Counted from the first letter of the stretch, positions 37,064 through 47,788 are shown. The stretch is 64,000 bases of DNA from an uncultured Candidatus Binatia bacterium (GCA_965221155.1 OZ244869.1:4895321-4959320); one strand, 5' to 3'. Made by a program: numbers and translations. The notes: generated by a model from the letters alone, not told the origin.

Positions 37064-37154
37064 GTGCCCGAACACGACGACGGCGGCCGGAACGCTACGA
37101 CCGGGACGAAGCGCCGAATTCCGGGAATGCGGTGTTGCCATGCTCCGTGGCATT

Positions 37155-37241
37155 TCTTCATCATGATGTTGGCCACGTTCTTGGCTCGGGTGAACCCGCC
37201 CTCGACCATGGCAAAGCCCGCCTGCATGAGGAACACATGCT
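37155..37241 (+). other. ~85-bp fragment ~93 % identical to amtB codons ~50-80 (window 800-886), antisense orientation relative to amtB
   Basis: Aligned directly. Minus-frame peptide FLMQAGFAMVEGGFTRAKNVANIMMK against amtB FLMQAGFAMVEGGFTRAKNAVNIMMK. The mismatches are mostly synonymous. Confidence 0.65.
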
Positions 37242-37351
37242 TGCGCCGGCCGCCCAATTGTTTCACAATCACTGCACGTATTTTGGGCACTGCCTCGATT
37301 CCATGCGGTCGCCAACGGCCCTTAACCCACGTCATTGTTCGGAGGTGTTAC

Positions 37352-38118
37352 AGGTGGCAAAGCGAAAAGAGAGCCTTCGGTACGACCGGGAAGCTGCCAG
37401 GCAGGCGCGCCTTGATCTCGCCGCCGCCTACCGTCTCGCGGTCCGCTTCGGGTTTCACGAAGGGATCGACAACCACTTCAGTCTTCTCCTGCCCGGCCGA
37501 GATGACCTGATGTTGTTGAACCCTTATCCGCTCCACTGGTCGGAAGTGACCGCCGGCAACCTTCTTCTCGTGGACTTCCAGGGCAACCTCATCGAGGGCT
37601 CGGACCAGGTCGAGTCCACCGCGCTGCACATCCACGGGCCGCTCCACCAGGCCAACCCGAAGGATTTCCGCTGCCTCCTGCACACCCACATGCCCTACGC
37701 CACCGCCATCGCCTGCCGTCAGGGAGGCCGCCTCGAGATGGTGCACCAGGTCAGCACCCGGTTCGAGAACGATGTCGCCTATCTCGAGGACTACAACGGG
37801 TTGGTGCTCGACCGAACGGAAGGCGGACGCATCGCTCATGTAATGGCGGACAAGAACGTGCTGTTCATGGCCAACCACGGGGTGATCACCGCCGGGCGGA
37901 CCGTGGCGGAGGCCTTCGACCGGCTGTATTTCCTGGAACGCGCCTGCAGGGTGCAGGTGCTGGCGGACATGGGCGGACACCGGCTCCAGCACCTGTCACG
38001 GGAAACCCTCGACTACCTCAGCCGTCAACGAGGCGGCGGAGAGGCGCTGGCGGCCGAGCGCCACTTCAGCGCCCTGAAACGCATACTGGATCGCGAAGAG
38101 CCGGACTACGCGGGTTGA
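37352..38118 (+). CDS. class II aldolase/adducin-family protein
   Basis: Start placed at GTG 37352 with GGAGG SD (the track ORF starts further upstream, inside the amt fragment). Motifs AAAYRLAVRFGF and FMANHGVITAGRT. Confidence 0.6.
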
Positions 38119-38155
38119 CGCGGGTCCCTGTCGCGGGGTGCCGAGACTGTTGCGC

Positions 38156-38176
38156 GGGCGGGTTTGAAACCCGCCC
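38156..38176. repeat. single REP
   Basis: GGGCGGGTTTGAAACCCGCCCctacatc. Confidence 0.85.
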
Positions 38177-38252
38177 CTACATCTCGTGATCGAACCTTGC
38201 CGAGAAATGCCGGCAGGCCTGGAAACCCTCCCCTAACCTTGTTTTGGGGCGT

Positions 38253-38987
38253 TCATTCCGGCGGCTTGCGGCCGAATAGATACGCGATCCCGATGCTCAG
38301 GACATAGAGGCCGATCAGCGGCCCGGCCAACAGGACCTGCGAGACCACGTCCGGCGGCGTCAACACCGCTGCCAGGACAAACATCACCAATACCGCGTAG
38401 CGGAAATGGTGCCAGAGGAAGCGGTGGTTCCAGACCCCCATTCGCGCCAGGAAGAACGAGAATACCGGGAGTTGGAAGGTTACGCCGAAGGCGACGACAA
38501 TGCGGAAGAAGAAGGAGAAGTACTCGGCGACACGGATCTCCGGATTGATCCCGAGCGTGCCGTATTGATCCAGAAAATACAGGAACGCCAACGGCAACAC
38601 GGCCTGGTAGCAGAACGCCGCACCGGACAGGAAGAACAGCGAGGTGGTGCCCACGAAGCCCACCAGGTAGGCTGTCTTCCCTTCGGCGCCGAACAGCGGC
38701 GCCAACAGACGCCATACCTGAAAGAAGATGACCGGACTTCCCGCCAGCACGGCGGCGAGGAACGCCACCTTGATCTCGACGAAGAAGACTTCGGCCACAC
38801 CGGTTCCGATGAGGCTCTGTCCCGGTTGGAGCCGGCTTCTAAGGGGCTCTACCAGGACCTCAAAGAGTTGTGGAGCGAGCAGGAAGCTCACGACGAACAA
38901 GACCAGCACGGCTGCCAGCGATCGGGTCAGCGACGAACGCACCCTTTCCAGCTCATCGGTGAGTCTCGGGAGTATCGGGGTCATGGC
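38253..38987 (-). CDS. tatC: twin-arginine translocase subunit TatC
   Basis: Track ORF trimmed to MTPILPRLTDEL. 6 TM segments, TatC family. Confidence 0.8.
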   Translation of the reverse strand, partial: AMTPILPRLTDELERVRSSLTRSLAAVLVLFVVSFLLAPQLFEVLVEPLRSRLQPGQSLIGTGVAEVFFVEIKVAFLAAVLAGSPVIFFQVWRLLAPLFGAEGKTAYLVGFVGTTSLFFLSGAAFCYQAVLPLAFLYFLDQYGTLGINPEIRVAEYFSFFFRIVVAFGVTFQLPVFSFFLARMGVWNHRFLWHHFRYAVLVMFVLAAVLTPPDVVSQVLLAGPLIGLYVLSIGIAYLFGRKPPE

Positions 38988-39244
38988 ACCGGTGATCAAG
39001 CGTTGCCGACGGAGGACGGACAGCGCTGGGCGCGTTCGCGGAATCTCGCCGTCGGGCACTCCCATCTGTACCAGATCACCTCACCAGGCGCGATGGAACC
39101 CCCGCGAACAGACGAATTCCGCACTCCAATCTCTTTTGGAGCGCATATGTATTGAACTGGCGAACGAATCAGGATAAGAGAGTGTGGTTGACGTATGAAA
39201 CACGCGACGTCATTGAACCGACGGCTAACGAGAAGGAGGCAGTT

Positions 39245-39580
39245 GTGAACTTTTCAACCAAACACGCGAAGGTACTCGGCAGGTTCGCTATTTCCCTGGG
39301 GGCCCTCACCCTGATGGGTACTGCTTGTGGGCCTATTGAACACGAACACCCACAGTACAAGGTCAACGTTCAGGCGGTCGAAGCCGCGACCAAGAAGTCG
39401 CAGGGTGCCGCCAGTGACGCAGCGGCTGCTGCCAAGAAAGCCGACGGCGCTGCCGCGCGGGCCGAAGCCGCGGCCGGTAAGGCAGGGGAAGCCGCCGCGC
39501 GGGCCGAAGCCGCCGCGGAACGAGCCGAACGCGCCGCCGCGAAGGCAGAGGCGATGTTCGAAAAATCCATGAAAAAATAG
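39245..39580 (+). CDS. alanine-rich alpha-helical lipoprotein with C-terminal Lys (Lpp-like?)
   Basis: GTG start with AAGGAGG SD. Signal peptide and lipobox LTLMGTAC. Ala/Glu/Arg-rich repeats; ends ...KSMKK. Confidence 0.45.
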   Translation: MNFSTKHAKVLGRFAISLGALTLMGTACGPIEHEHPQYKVNVQAVEAATKKSQGAASDAAAAAKKADGAAARAEAAAGKAGEAAARAEAAAERAERAAAKAEAMFEKSMKK

Positions 39581-39612
39581 CCGTACGGTGACCTTCGCGA
39601 GATAACGCGAGG

Positions 39613-41295
39613 TCACCTCCTCACCCGGATGGGGAATCGCTCCATGAGAGCGATTCCCACGTTCCGTGCTACCGGCCAATCCGGACTTCGTAATAGCCAT
39701 ACAGCCGTGGTGTAAAGCGCCACGCCGCCTGCAACCAAGCCAAGAAAGCTCAGAACCTGCACCAGCAGCGTTCCCGAGCCCAAATCCAACTGCATTCGTC
39801 CGGCCACCAGGAACAGCGGACCCGCCATTACCGCCGCGGCCGTGAGATTCCGCCACAGTGACGAGAGGTACTCTCTCCAGGCAAATCCCCCAAGACGGCG
39901 GGTCGCGAGCCACATGAGCGCCGCGAACTGAAAGGTCGCGGACAACGAGTTGGCTAGCGCCAGGCCCGCATAGGACAGGCTGAGGGCGCCGATGCCCTGA
40001 CTCAGAGCCGCCACCGCCAGCACGAACGGGTTGTCCCCCTCGACGGCATCCACGCGGCCCATCAGCATCAGGCTCAGGAACAGGTTGAGCACGAAGGTCC
40101 AGAACGCCACCCTGACCGGCGTTTTCGTATCCTGCATGGCGTGAAACAGGGGAACGAGAACGCGTGAGGCGGAGACGGCCCACAAACCCATGGCGAGGAA
40201 CACCAGAGCCCGGGCGCTGGCCAGCACGTCCGCGGCCCCGAACGCTCCTCGTTGGAACAGCAGCGAGAACGCGGGCACGGCGATGACCATCAACCCCAGG
40301 GCGGCCGGTAGCGAGACGAAGTTCACCATCCGGAGCGAATAACCGAGAGTCATCTTCAAACCGGAGACGTCGTTACGCGCGGCCAACGACGAGAAGCTCG
40401 GCAGCGCCGCCGTGCCCAGGGCGACGGCAAACACCCCCAGTGGGAACTGGAGCAGCCGGTCGGCGTAATAGAGGTAGGAAACGCTGCCCGGCTCCAGCAG
40501 CGAAGCCAGAATGGTGCTGACAAGGACGTTCAACTGATAGACGGCGGCTCCGATGACCGCGGGACCCATGAGCCGCAGGAACCTGAGCAGCGCCGTATTG
40601 CGAAAATCCAGGCTTGGCCGCCAGGAAAACCCGTGCCGGTGGAGAAAGGGTAACTGCAGCAGCAACTGCGCCACGCTGCCGAGCAGGACGCCGTAGGCGA
40701 GGCACAGGACCGGTTGGGACAGGAAGGGGATCAGCAGGAAGGCGGACGCGATGATCGACAGATTCAGCAGCACCGGCGCCACCGACGGAGCCATGAAATG
40801 GCGAAAGGTGTTCAGATAACCCATGGCGAGGGCCACGAGACTGACGAAGAAGATACTCGGGAACATGACCCGAACCAACTGCACGGTGAGGGAGAACTTC
40901 TCCGGTGTCGCGGAGAACCCCGGCGCGAACAAGCGGGTGAGCGGGGACGTAAAGAGCAGGCCCGCGGCGGTGAGCAGGATCAGGAACAGCACCGCGAAGG
41001 TCACGATCACGCGGCTGGCGTCGACGGCCTCCCGCCGGCCCCGGGTGGTCAGATATTCGGAAAGAACCGGCACGAAACCCGCGGAAAGGGCCCCCTCCGC
41101 GGTGAGGCGCCGCAACAGGTTCGGAATTCTGAAGGCGACAAAAAACGCGTCGGCCGCACTTTGCGCGCCCAGAACGTACCCGATGACGATATCCCTTGCG
41201 AGGCCCGACACGCGGCTCAGGAGAGTCAGGGAACCGACCACTGTCGTCGCTTTGGCTACCCTGCCGAACTCCCTCGCCGTTGACTCATCACTCAT
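39613..41295 (-). CDS. murJ: lipid II flippase MurJ/MviN
   Basis: 560 aa. N-terminus SLTLLSRVSGLARDIVIGYVLGA...AFFVAFRIPNLLRRL; 14 TM segments. Confidence 0.85.
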   Translation of the reverse strand: MSDESTAREFGRVAKATTVVGSLTLLSRVSGLARDIVIGYVLGAQSAADAFFVAFRIPNLLRRLTAEGALSAGFVPVLSEYLTTRGRREAVDASRVIVTFAVLFLILLTAAGLLFTSPLTRLFAPGFSATPEKFSLTVQLVRVMFPSIFFVSLVALAMGYLNTFRHFMAPSVAPVLLNLSIIASAFLLIPFLSQPVLCLAYGVLLGSVAQLLLQLPFLHRHGFSWRPSLDFRNTALLRFLRLMGPAVIGAAVYQLNVLVSTILASLLEPGSVSYLYYADRLLQFPLGVFAVALGTAALPSFSSLAARNDVSGLKMTLGYSLRMVNFVSLPAALGLMVIAVPAFSLLFQRGAFGAADVLASARALVFLAMGLWAVSASRVLVPLFHAMQDTKTPVRVAFWTFVLNLFLSLMLMGRVDAVEGDNPFVLAVAALSQGIGALSLSYAGLALANSLSATFQFAALMWLATRRLGGFAWREYLSSLWRNLTAAAVMAGPLFLVAGRMQLDLGSGTLLVQVLSFLGLVAGGVALYTTAVWLLRSPDWPVARNVGIALMERFPIRVRR

Positions 41296-41331
41296 GCGGT
41301 GCTACAAGACTAGTCTTTCAGGAGGTAAACT

Positions 41332-41631
41332 TTGGCGAACCACAAATCGGCAGTCAAGCGACACCATCAGAGCATCAAGCGCCATCATCGTAACCAATCG
41401 GTCCAGTCCAGCGTCAAGACGTTGATCAAGAAGGTCAAGGCTACCATCGACGGCAAGAACCCTGAAGCCATCGCGGAAAAGATCAGGGAAGTCAACGGTA
41501 TGCTCGACAAGGCCGTGGGCAAGGGAGTCATCAAGCGCAATACCGCGTCGAGAAAGCTCTCCCGTCTGGCTCGGGCCGCCCATCAGGCCGTGACCTCGGA
41601 GGGTTCCGCCGAAGCGACACCCTCAACGTAA
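41332..41631 (+). CDS. rpsT: 30S ribosomal protein S20
   Basis: MANHKSAVKRHHQSIKRHHRNQSVQSSVKTLIKKV... Confidence 0.9.
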   Translation: MANHKSAVKRHHQSIKRHHRNQSVQSSVKTLIKKVKATIDGKNPEAIAEKIREVNGMLDKAVGKGVIKRNTASRKLSRLARAAHQAVTSEGSAEATPST

Positions 41632-42273
41632 AAACCCCTCCGCCATCCGCTGCCGTACCAAACGGGCGAACCTTTCGAGCAGCCGTTTCCTGGCCCTCGT
41701 GCGAGAATCTTCGGCCAGTCTGGCATCGGCCAACCGGCTCACGTCTTCCAGGTTCAGCGCTTTTTCGAGGAATCCGGAGGAACCGGGCACGACTGCGCCT
41801 CTCGCGGCGTCGTAAACCTCCCGGAGCCTCAGGACTTGCCGCGGCCACAACACTTCCTTCGACTGCCTGCGCCGAAGCGTCGCTTCCGCGTCGAATAGGG
41901 CTTCCACCTGCAAGACCTCATCGAACCGATTGACCGAGACGTTCCTGATTCCGTAGTTCCGTATGACTCCCGAAAGAATCGCGTCCGCGTCTTCCGGCCG
42001 TTCCGCCACCCGTGGCCTCGGCTGGGCCGACAACTCCCGCCTGAGTGCCAGCGCCAGGCCGTCCTCCAGGCCTACCACGCGGGTGCGATTGATGAAGGGC
42101 TCTACATAGACCGTGCCGACATCGTCCGGCAGCGCCGCGTTGGAGTCCACGAACCGATAGCCACACCCTCCCGCCAGAAGCACCACGGCCAACGAGACCC
42201 ACAGCAGCAAGGCGCATCCGCGGTTCAAGCTGATCCCTTCAGTGGCATCTTCCCTGTGGTTGATACAGGACAC
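41623..42273 (-). CDS. lptE: LPS-assembly lipoprotein LptE (start uncertain)
   Basis: Lipoprotein (LLAGGCGYRF) directly downstream of leuS, as in many proteobacteria. The GTG start overlapping the leuS stop is a guess. Confidence 0.5.
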   Translation of the reverse strand: MSCINHREDATEGISLNRGCALLLWVSLAVVLLAGGCGYRFVDSNAALPDDVGTVYVEPFINRTRVVGLEDGLALALRRELSAQPRPRVAERPEDADAILSGVIRNYGIRNVSVNRFDEVLQVEALFDAEATLRRRQSKEVLWPRQVLRLREVYDAARGAVVPGSSGFLEKALNLEDVSRLADARLAEDSRTRARKRLLERFARLVRQRMAEGFLR

Positions 42274-44759
42274 TACACCAGCACGATGTTGACCAGCCGG
42301 CCGGGGACCTGCACGACTCGCCGGACGGAGCGGCCGTCGATGAAAGACGCCACCCGCGGGTCGGCCAGCGCGGTCGTCTCGATGTGCTCCGCGCCGGCAT
42401 CCGCCGGAACGGAAACCTTTCCGCGCAGCTTGCCGTTGACCTGCACGACGATGAGCTGGCTGTCCTGAACCAGCGCCGCCTCGTCGTACTCCGGCCACCC
42501 CACGTCCGCCAAGGCTTCGGTGTGGCCCAGCCGCTCCCACAGCTCGCTGGCGACGTGCGGCACGAACGGCGCCAGAAGAACGATCTCGGTCTCCAGGGCG
42601 GCCTTCGCCAACGCCGCTCCGCCCTCCGCTTGGAGGTCGTCGCCGCTCACCGAGCTCACGGTGTTGTGGAGCTCCATGACGGCTGCGATGGCGGTGTTGA
42701 AATGAAACCGCTGTTCGATATCGTCCGTGACCTTCTTGATGGTCCAGTGGATCCGGCGGCGCAACTCCTTGAGTCCGTCCGTGGACGCGATGCGGCTGGA
42801 ATCCGCCGCCACGTCCGCCAACTGCTCACGGTGGCTCATGGCGAAACGCCACACGCGGTTCAGGAACCGGTGGGCTCCCTCGACCCCCTGGTCGCTCCAA
42901 TCCAGGTCCTTCTCCGGCGGGGCCGCGAACAGCGTGAACAGACGCGCCGTGTCCGCGCCGTAGCGATTGATGAGCTCGTCCGGGTCGACCACGTTCATCT
43001 TGGACTTGGACATCTTGGCCCCGTCCTTGATGACCATGCCCTGGGTCAAAAGATTCGTGAAGGGCTCCGCCACCGACAACCAGCCCATGTCCCGCAGAAC
43101 GCGGGTAAAGAAACGGGCATAAAGCAGGTGCAGCACCGCGTGCTCGACGCCGCCCACGTACTGGTCCACGGCCATCCAGTAGCCCGTCCGTTCCCGGTCC
43201 AGCGGTTGACCGTCCTCGTCGGGACAGGCGTAGCGCGCGAAGTACCACGATGATTCCACGAACGTGTCCATGGTATCGGTCTCCCGGCGGGCCGGGCCAC
43301 GGCACGTCGGACACGCGGTCTCGTAGAACTCCGGAAGATTGGCCAACGGCGATCCGCCGGCACCCGTGAACTCCACGTTGGTGGGGAGCCGTACCGGCAA
43401 CTCGTCCACGGGGACCGGGACCATGCCGCAGCCGTCGCAATAGACCACGGGGATGGGCGCCCCCCAGTATCGCTGACGGGAGATGCCCCAGTCCCGCAAC
43501 CGGTAGCGGACGGTTCCCTTGCCCCAGTCCCGTTCCTCGAGGAACGCGGCGACCGCGCCCCGGCCTTCCCCGCTGCCCAGGCCGCTGAAGCTGCCGCTGC
43601 CGGCCATCACGCCGTCATCCGTGTACGCCTCGGTCATATCCTCGGCAACCAGGGTGGCGCCGCGCGGGTGGATCACCGGACGCACCGGAAGGTCGTACTT
43701 CCTGGCGAACTCGAAGTCCCTCTGGTCATGGGCCGGAACCGCCATGACCGCGCCGGTGCCGTATTCCATGAGCACGAAATTGGCCAGATAGACGGGGATC
43801 TTCTCCTGGGTGAACGGGTTGAGACAAAACGCACCGGTGAAGATGCCCTCCTTCTCCACCTCAACGTCGCCGCGCCGCGAATGGCTGATCCGCTTCACCC
43901 GTTGGGCGAACTCCTCCACCGCGCGTTGTTGCGGCGTGCCTGCCGACAGCTCCAGGGCCAGGGGATGTTCGGCGGCCAGGGAAACGAAAGTCGCCCCGTA
44001 GATGGTGTCCTGGCGGGTGGTGAAGACCGTGAGGTCGCCTTCCCGGTCCACCAGCGGGAAGCGGATCTCGGCGCCGATGGATTTCCCGATCCAGTTGCGC
44101 TGCATGGTGAGCACCTTGTCCGGCCACCCCTGGAGTTCGTCGCATCCCGCCAGCAAATCCTCGGCGTAGGCCGTGATGCGGAAGAACCACTGGGGCAGCT
44201 CGCGCATGACCACCTCTCGCTCGCAGCGCCAACAGCAACCGTCCACCACCTGCTCGTTGGCCAGAACGGTCCGGCAACCGCTGCACCAGTTGACCGCCGA
44301 GTTCCTCTTGTACGCCAGGCCGCGCTTGAGCATCTCCAGGAAGAACACCTGCTCCCAGCGATAGTAGCTCGCATCGGACGTGGCCAACTCACGGGTCCAG
44401 TCGTAGCTGAAGCCCATCTTCTTGAGCTGCGCCCGCATGTAGTCGATGTTCTCCACGGTCCACCGGGCGGGATGGACCTTGTTGGCGATGGCGGCGTTTT
44501 CCGCGGGCAGGCCAAAGGCGTCCCAGCCCATGGGGTGAAGCACGTTGAATCCGCGCATGCGCTTGTAGCGCGCGATCACGTCTCCGATGGAGTAGTTCCG
44601 CACGTGGCCCATGTGTATCCGGCCCGACGGATAGGGAAACATCTCCAGCAGATAATACTTGGGCAGGTCCGGGGTCTCGTCCACCCGAAAGCTCTCGAGT
44701 CGCTCCCACTCCCCCTGCCATCTCTTCTCGATATTCCAGAACTCGTACTTCTCAATCAT
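42273..44759 (-). CDS. leuS: leucyl-tRNA synthetase
   Basis: HIGH motif (HMGHVRNY), KMSKS, CP1 editing domain; 828 aa. Confidence 0.95.
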   Translation of the reverse strand: MIEKYEFWNIEKRWQGEWERLESFRVDETPDLPKYYLLEMFPYPSGRIHMGHVRNYSIGDVIARYKRMRGFNVLHPMGWDAFGLPAENAAIANKVHPARWTVENIDYMRAQLKKMGFSYDWTRELATSDASYYRWEQVFFLEMLKRGLAYKRNSAVNWCSGCRTVLANEQVVDGCCWRCEREVVMRELPQWFFRITAYAEDLLAGCDELQGWPDKVLTMQRNWIGKSIGAEIRFPLVDREGDLTVFTTRQDTIYGATFVSLAAEHPLALELSAGTPQQRAVEEFAQRVKRISHSRRGDVEVEKEGIFTGAFCLNPFTQEKIPVYLANFVLMEYGTGAVMAVPAHDQRDFEFARKYDLPVRPVIHPRGATLVAEDMTEAYTDDGVMAGSGSFSGLGSGEGRGAVAAFLEERDWGKGTVRYRLRDWGISRQRYWGAPIPVVYCDGCGMVPVPVDELPVRLPTNVEFTGAGGSPLANLPEFYETACPTCRGPARRETDTMDTFVESSWYFARYACPDEDGQPLDRERTGYWMAVDQYVGGVEHAVLHLLYARFFTRVLRDMGWLSVAEPFTNLLTQGMVIKDGAKMSKSKMNVVDPDELINRYGADTARLFTLFAAPPEKDLDWSDQGVEGAHRFLNRVWRFAMSHREQLADVAADSSRIASTDGLKELRRRIHWTIKKVTDDIEQRFHFNTAIAAVMELHNTVSSVSGDDLQAEGGAALAKAALETEIVLLAPFVPHVASELWERLGHTEALADVGWPEYDEAALVQDSQLIVVQVNGKLRGKVSVPADAGAEHIETTALADPRVASFIDGRSVRRVVQVPGRLVNIVLV

Positions 44760-45196
44760 GGTTCCGGCCGCTCACTCTCATTCTCCTTGAGTCCTTTGGC
44801 CTGCGCGACGTGGTCGAGCACTCCGTTGATGAACGCGGAGGAACCGTCCGACCCGTAGCGGTTGCCGATCTCGATGGCTTCGTCGATGCTGACGTTCAAT
44901 GGAATGTCCGGGCAAAAGAGCAGCTCGTACGTGGCGAGCCGAAGGATGATGAGGTCCACCTTCGACAGGCGGCCGAGCTTCCAGTTGTCCACGGCCTCCT
45001 CGAGCAACCCGTCGATTTCCACGCGGTGCTCCACGGCGCCGGCAATCAGGCGCTGGGCGAAATCCCTGGCCGCGGGACGCGACGGGAAATGACCCCAGAA
45101 ACTGTCCGGACCCGTGGGAGAAGGGTCTCCGGTGATCTCCATCTGATAGACCACCTGCAACGCCAGCTCCCTAGCCTTGCGGCGAATACTCACCAT
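44756..45196 (-). CDS. nusB: transcription antitermination factor NusB
   Basis: [13 protein letters not shown]...; 4-nt overlap with the leuS start. Confidence 0.85.
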   Translation of the reverse strand: MVSIRRKARELALQVVYQMEITGDPSPTGPDSFWGHFPSRPAARDFAQRLIAGAVEHRVEIDGLLEEAVDNWKLGRLSKVDLIILRLATYELLFCPDIPLNVSIDEAIEIGNRYGSDGSSAFINGVLDHVAQAKGLKENESERPEP

Positions 45197-45230
45197 CGAA
45201 TCGTTACGATTGGAACCGGAGCCCGGGATG

Positions 45231-45698
45231 TCAGGAGAGCTCTTGGCTCAAGCTCGCCATTTCAATGGCAGTGACGGCAGCCTCGAATCCCTTGTTGCCC
45301 ATCTTCGCCCCGGCGCGATCGACGGCCTGCTCCACCGTGTTGGTGGTCAACAGGCCGAAGGCAATGGGGATACCGTGCTGGTTCATGGCATTGCCCACCC
45401 CTCGCGAGGCTTCACCGCAGATATAGTCGAAATGGGGCGTGTCCCCGCGAATAACGGCCCCGACACATATCAGCGCGTCGTACTTGCCGCTTTTCGCCAT
45501 CTTGTGGGCGCAGAAGGAAATCTCGAAGGCGCCGGGGACCCACACCACGTCCACGTGCTCGTCCGTGTCCGCCCCGTGCCGCCTCAGGGCGCTCACCGCG
45601 CCGTCGAGGAGCCGCTCGGTAATGAAGCCGTTGAACCGGCTGGCGATGATGCCGAACCTCATTGCCGTGGCGTCCAGTTTTCCTTCGATCACTCGCAT
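45231..45698 (-). CDS. ribH: 6,7-dimethyl-8-ribityllumazine synthase
   Basis: MRVIEGKLDATAMRFGIIASRFN...VVWVPGAFE. Confidence 0.9.
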   Translation of the reverse strand: MRVIEGKLDATAMRFGIIASRFNGFITERLLDGAVSALRRHGADTDEHVDVVWVPGAFEISFCAHKMAKSGKYDALICVGAVIRGDTPHFDYICGEASRGVGNAMNQHGIPIAFGLLTTNTVEQAVDRAGAKMGNKGFEAAVTAIEMASLSQELS

Positions 45699-45717
45699 GG
45701 CCGGCACCTTCAGTGGG

Positions 45718-46938
45718 TTAGTGCAGGTCGTCCTTGACGTTGGTCAGGAGATGCCCGAGCTTGTCGCGTTTCGTCTGCAGATAGCCGGCATTGCCGCGGT
45801 GGGGCTTGACCTCCAGCGGAATCCGTTCGCTCACCGACAAGCCATAGCCCTCCAGGCTGACGATCTTGCGCGGGTTGTTGGTCAACAGGCGCAGCCGCTG
45901 GATGCCCAGGTCGCGCAGTATCTCCGCCGCCACCCCGTAGTCCCTCAGGTCCACCGGAAACCCCAGCTCCAGGTTCGCCTCCACCGTGTCGCGCCCCGCG
46001 TCCTGCAACGCGTATGCCTTGATCTTGTTGGTCAGGCCGATCCCGCGGCCCTCCTGATGCATATAGACGATGACGCCGCACTCTTCCTGGTCAATGATCC
46101 GGATCGCCGCCCGCAACTGGTCGCCGCAGTCACACCGTTGCGACGAAAACACATCCCCGGTGAGGCACTCCGAATGCACGCGTACCGCCACATCGTCGCG
46201 CCCGCTGACGTCACCCTTCACCAGGGCCATGTGCTCGAACGGATCGAGATTGGTCCGGTAAAGGATCGCCTTGAAGGACTTGCCGTGAATGCTCGGGAAA
46301 TCTTCCTCCCACACCTGCCGGATGGTGGCTTCGTTGCGGAGGCGGGACGCGAGGAGGTCCACGATCGAGACCATTCGGAGATCATGCTGCTCGGAGAAGG
46401 CGAGGAGGTCGTCCCCCACCGCGATGGAACCATCCTCGCGAAGAACCTGACAGATGGCCGCAACGGGTTGCAGTCCGCAGAGCGCCGCGAGATCCACCGA
46501 GGCCTCCGGGGGGCCTGCCTTGGTCAACACGCCTCCCTTGCTGGCCTGGATCGGCAACACGTTGCCGGGGGTGACGAAGTCCCGGGAACCCACGTCTTGC
46601 CTGGCGGCCGTTCGGATGGTGTGCGCCCTGCCCGCCGCCGACACCTCGATGCCGAGGGCCGAGCTGGCGCCGATGGGCGCCCAGACGGGCGCCTGTCCCG
46701 GGACCTGGTTCGCCGCCGCGTCCGCGCCGAGCCCCAGCTTCTCCAGGTGCGAGGCTTCCATGGCCAGATAGAGCACCCCTCGCGCGTGCCGCAGCATGAA
46801 ATTGACGTGCTCCGGCGTCACCTTCTCGGCGGGCATGCACACGAAGCCCACCCCATCGTCGCTTTCCTCGTCCATGAGCAGGATCGGACGACCCTGACCG
46901 AGCTCTTCCCGGATGGTTTCGATGGGAGTCAATGACAT
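45718..46938 (-). CDS. ribBA: bifunctional DHBP synthase / GTP cyclohydrolase II
   Basis: RibB N-domain and RibA C-domain (CDCGDQL; GRGIGL). Confidence 0.9.
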   Translation of the reverse strand: MSLTPIETIREELGQGRPILLMDEESDDGVGFVCMPAEKVTPEHVNFMLRHARGVLYLAMEASHLEKLGLGADAAANQVPGQAPVWAPIGASSALGIEVSAAGRAHTIRTAARQDVGSRDFVTPGNVLPIQASKGGVLTKAGPPEASVDLAALCGLQPVAAICQVLREDGSIAVGDDLLAFSEQHDLRMVSIVDLLASRLRNEATIRQVWEEDFPSIHGKSFKAILYRTNLDPFEHMALVKGDVSGRDDVAVRVHSECLTGDVFSSQRCDCGDQLRAAIRIIDQEECGVIVYMHQEGRGIGLTNKIKAYALQDAGRDTVEANLELGFPVDLRDYGVAAEILRDLGIQRLRLLTNNPRKIVSLEGYGLSVSERIPLEVKPHRGNAGYLQTKRDKLGHLLTNVKDDLH

Positions 46939-47026
46939 GTCTTGTGTCGAGCGTCCTGTCAGGTTGATTGGGTTGGCAATTCGCTGGTGTCTTGGATACG
47001 CCGGCCGCGTCGTTCGTGCCGCCGCG

Positions 47027-47047
47027 CGGGCGGGTTTGAAACCCGCC
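47027..47047. repeat. single REP (ribBA-ribE intergenic)
   Basis: GGGCGGGTTTGAAACCCGCCCctacagg. Confidence 0.85.
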
Positions 47048-47048
47048 C

Positions 47049-47660
47049 CTACAGGCCCGGCGCGCCCATGCGATAGGCTTTCACGAACTGGAGAACGTAC
47101 TTACCAATGATGTCGGCTTCGAGGTTGACTCTATCACCAACACCACGGCTCTGCAAATTAGTATGCGCCAGCGTGAAGGGTATGATCGCCACCGAAAACG
47201 AACGTGAAGTACACTCGTTGACCGTCAGGCTGATACCGTTCACGGCAATGGAACCCTTGGGGACGAGAAGACGGCTGACCGCACCCGGGGCGCGGAAACG
47301 GAAGGTGGTGAAGTCGCCGCTGTTGTGAATGCGTGCGATCTCTCCCACGGCATCCACGTGGCCGGTGACCCAATGTCCTCCCAGCCGGTCATTGACCTTG
47401 AGAGGCCGCTCCAGATTGACGGTGTCACCCTCACGCACATCCGCGAGATTCGTCCGCTGCAAGGTTTCGGGAGAGACGTCCACGGTGAGCCGCCGTCCGG
47501 TCTTCTTGACCACCGTCAGACAGCACCCGTTCACCGCGATGCTGTCGCCCAGCGAAATCTCACGCCCCGGCAGCGCGGTCTCGAACGTGAGATCCCCCCC
47601 GTCGTCGCCGGCGCGCCAGCGGGAAACCCTGCCGACGTCTTCGATGAGTCCCGTAAACAT
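47049..47660 (-). CDS. ribE: riboflavin synthase
   Basis: Track ORF 47049..48230 reads through a REP. True start MFTGLIEDVG (47658-47660). Two lumazine-binding repeats. Confidence 0.85.
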   Translation of the reverse strand: MFTGLIEDVGRVSRWRAGDDGGDLTFETALPGREISLGDSIAVNGCCLTVVKKTGRRLTVDVSPETLQRTNLADVREGDTVNLERPLKVNDRLGGHWVTGHVDAVGEIARIHNSGDFTTFRFRAPGAVSRLLVPKGSIAVNGISLTVNECTSRSFSVAIIPFTLAHTNLQSRGVGDRVNLEADIIGKYVLQFVKAYRMGAPGL

Positions 47661-47700
47661 GGGCTGGTTCCTCACCCCGAATGCATACACCCTCGTGTAG

Positions 47701-47721
47701 GGGCGGGTTTCAAACCCGCCC
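47701..47721. repeat. single REP (ribE-ribD intergenic), inverted relative to the one at 47027
   Basis: gtgtaGGGGCGGGTTTCAAACCCGCCCgtgccc. Confidence 0.85.
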
Positions 47722-47788
47722 GTGCCCGGCCCCCCCACCGGAGCCTGCGGCTCGAAGCCGGAGCCTCGAGGTTCATGCGCTTCGAAGC

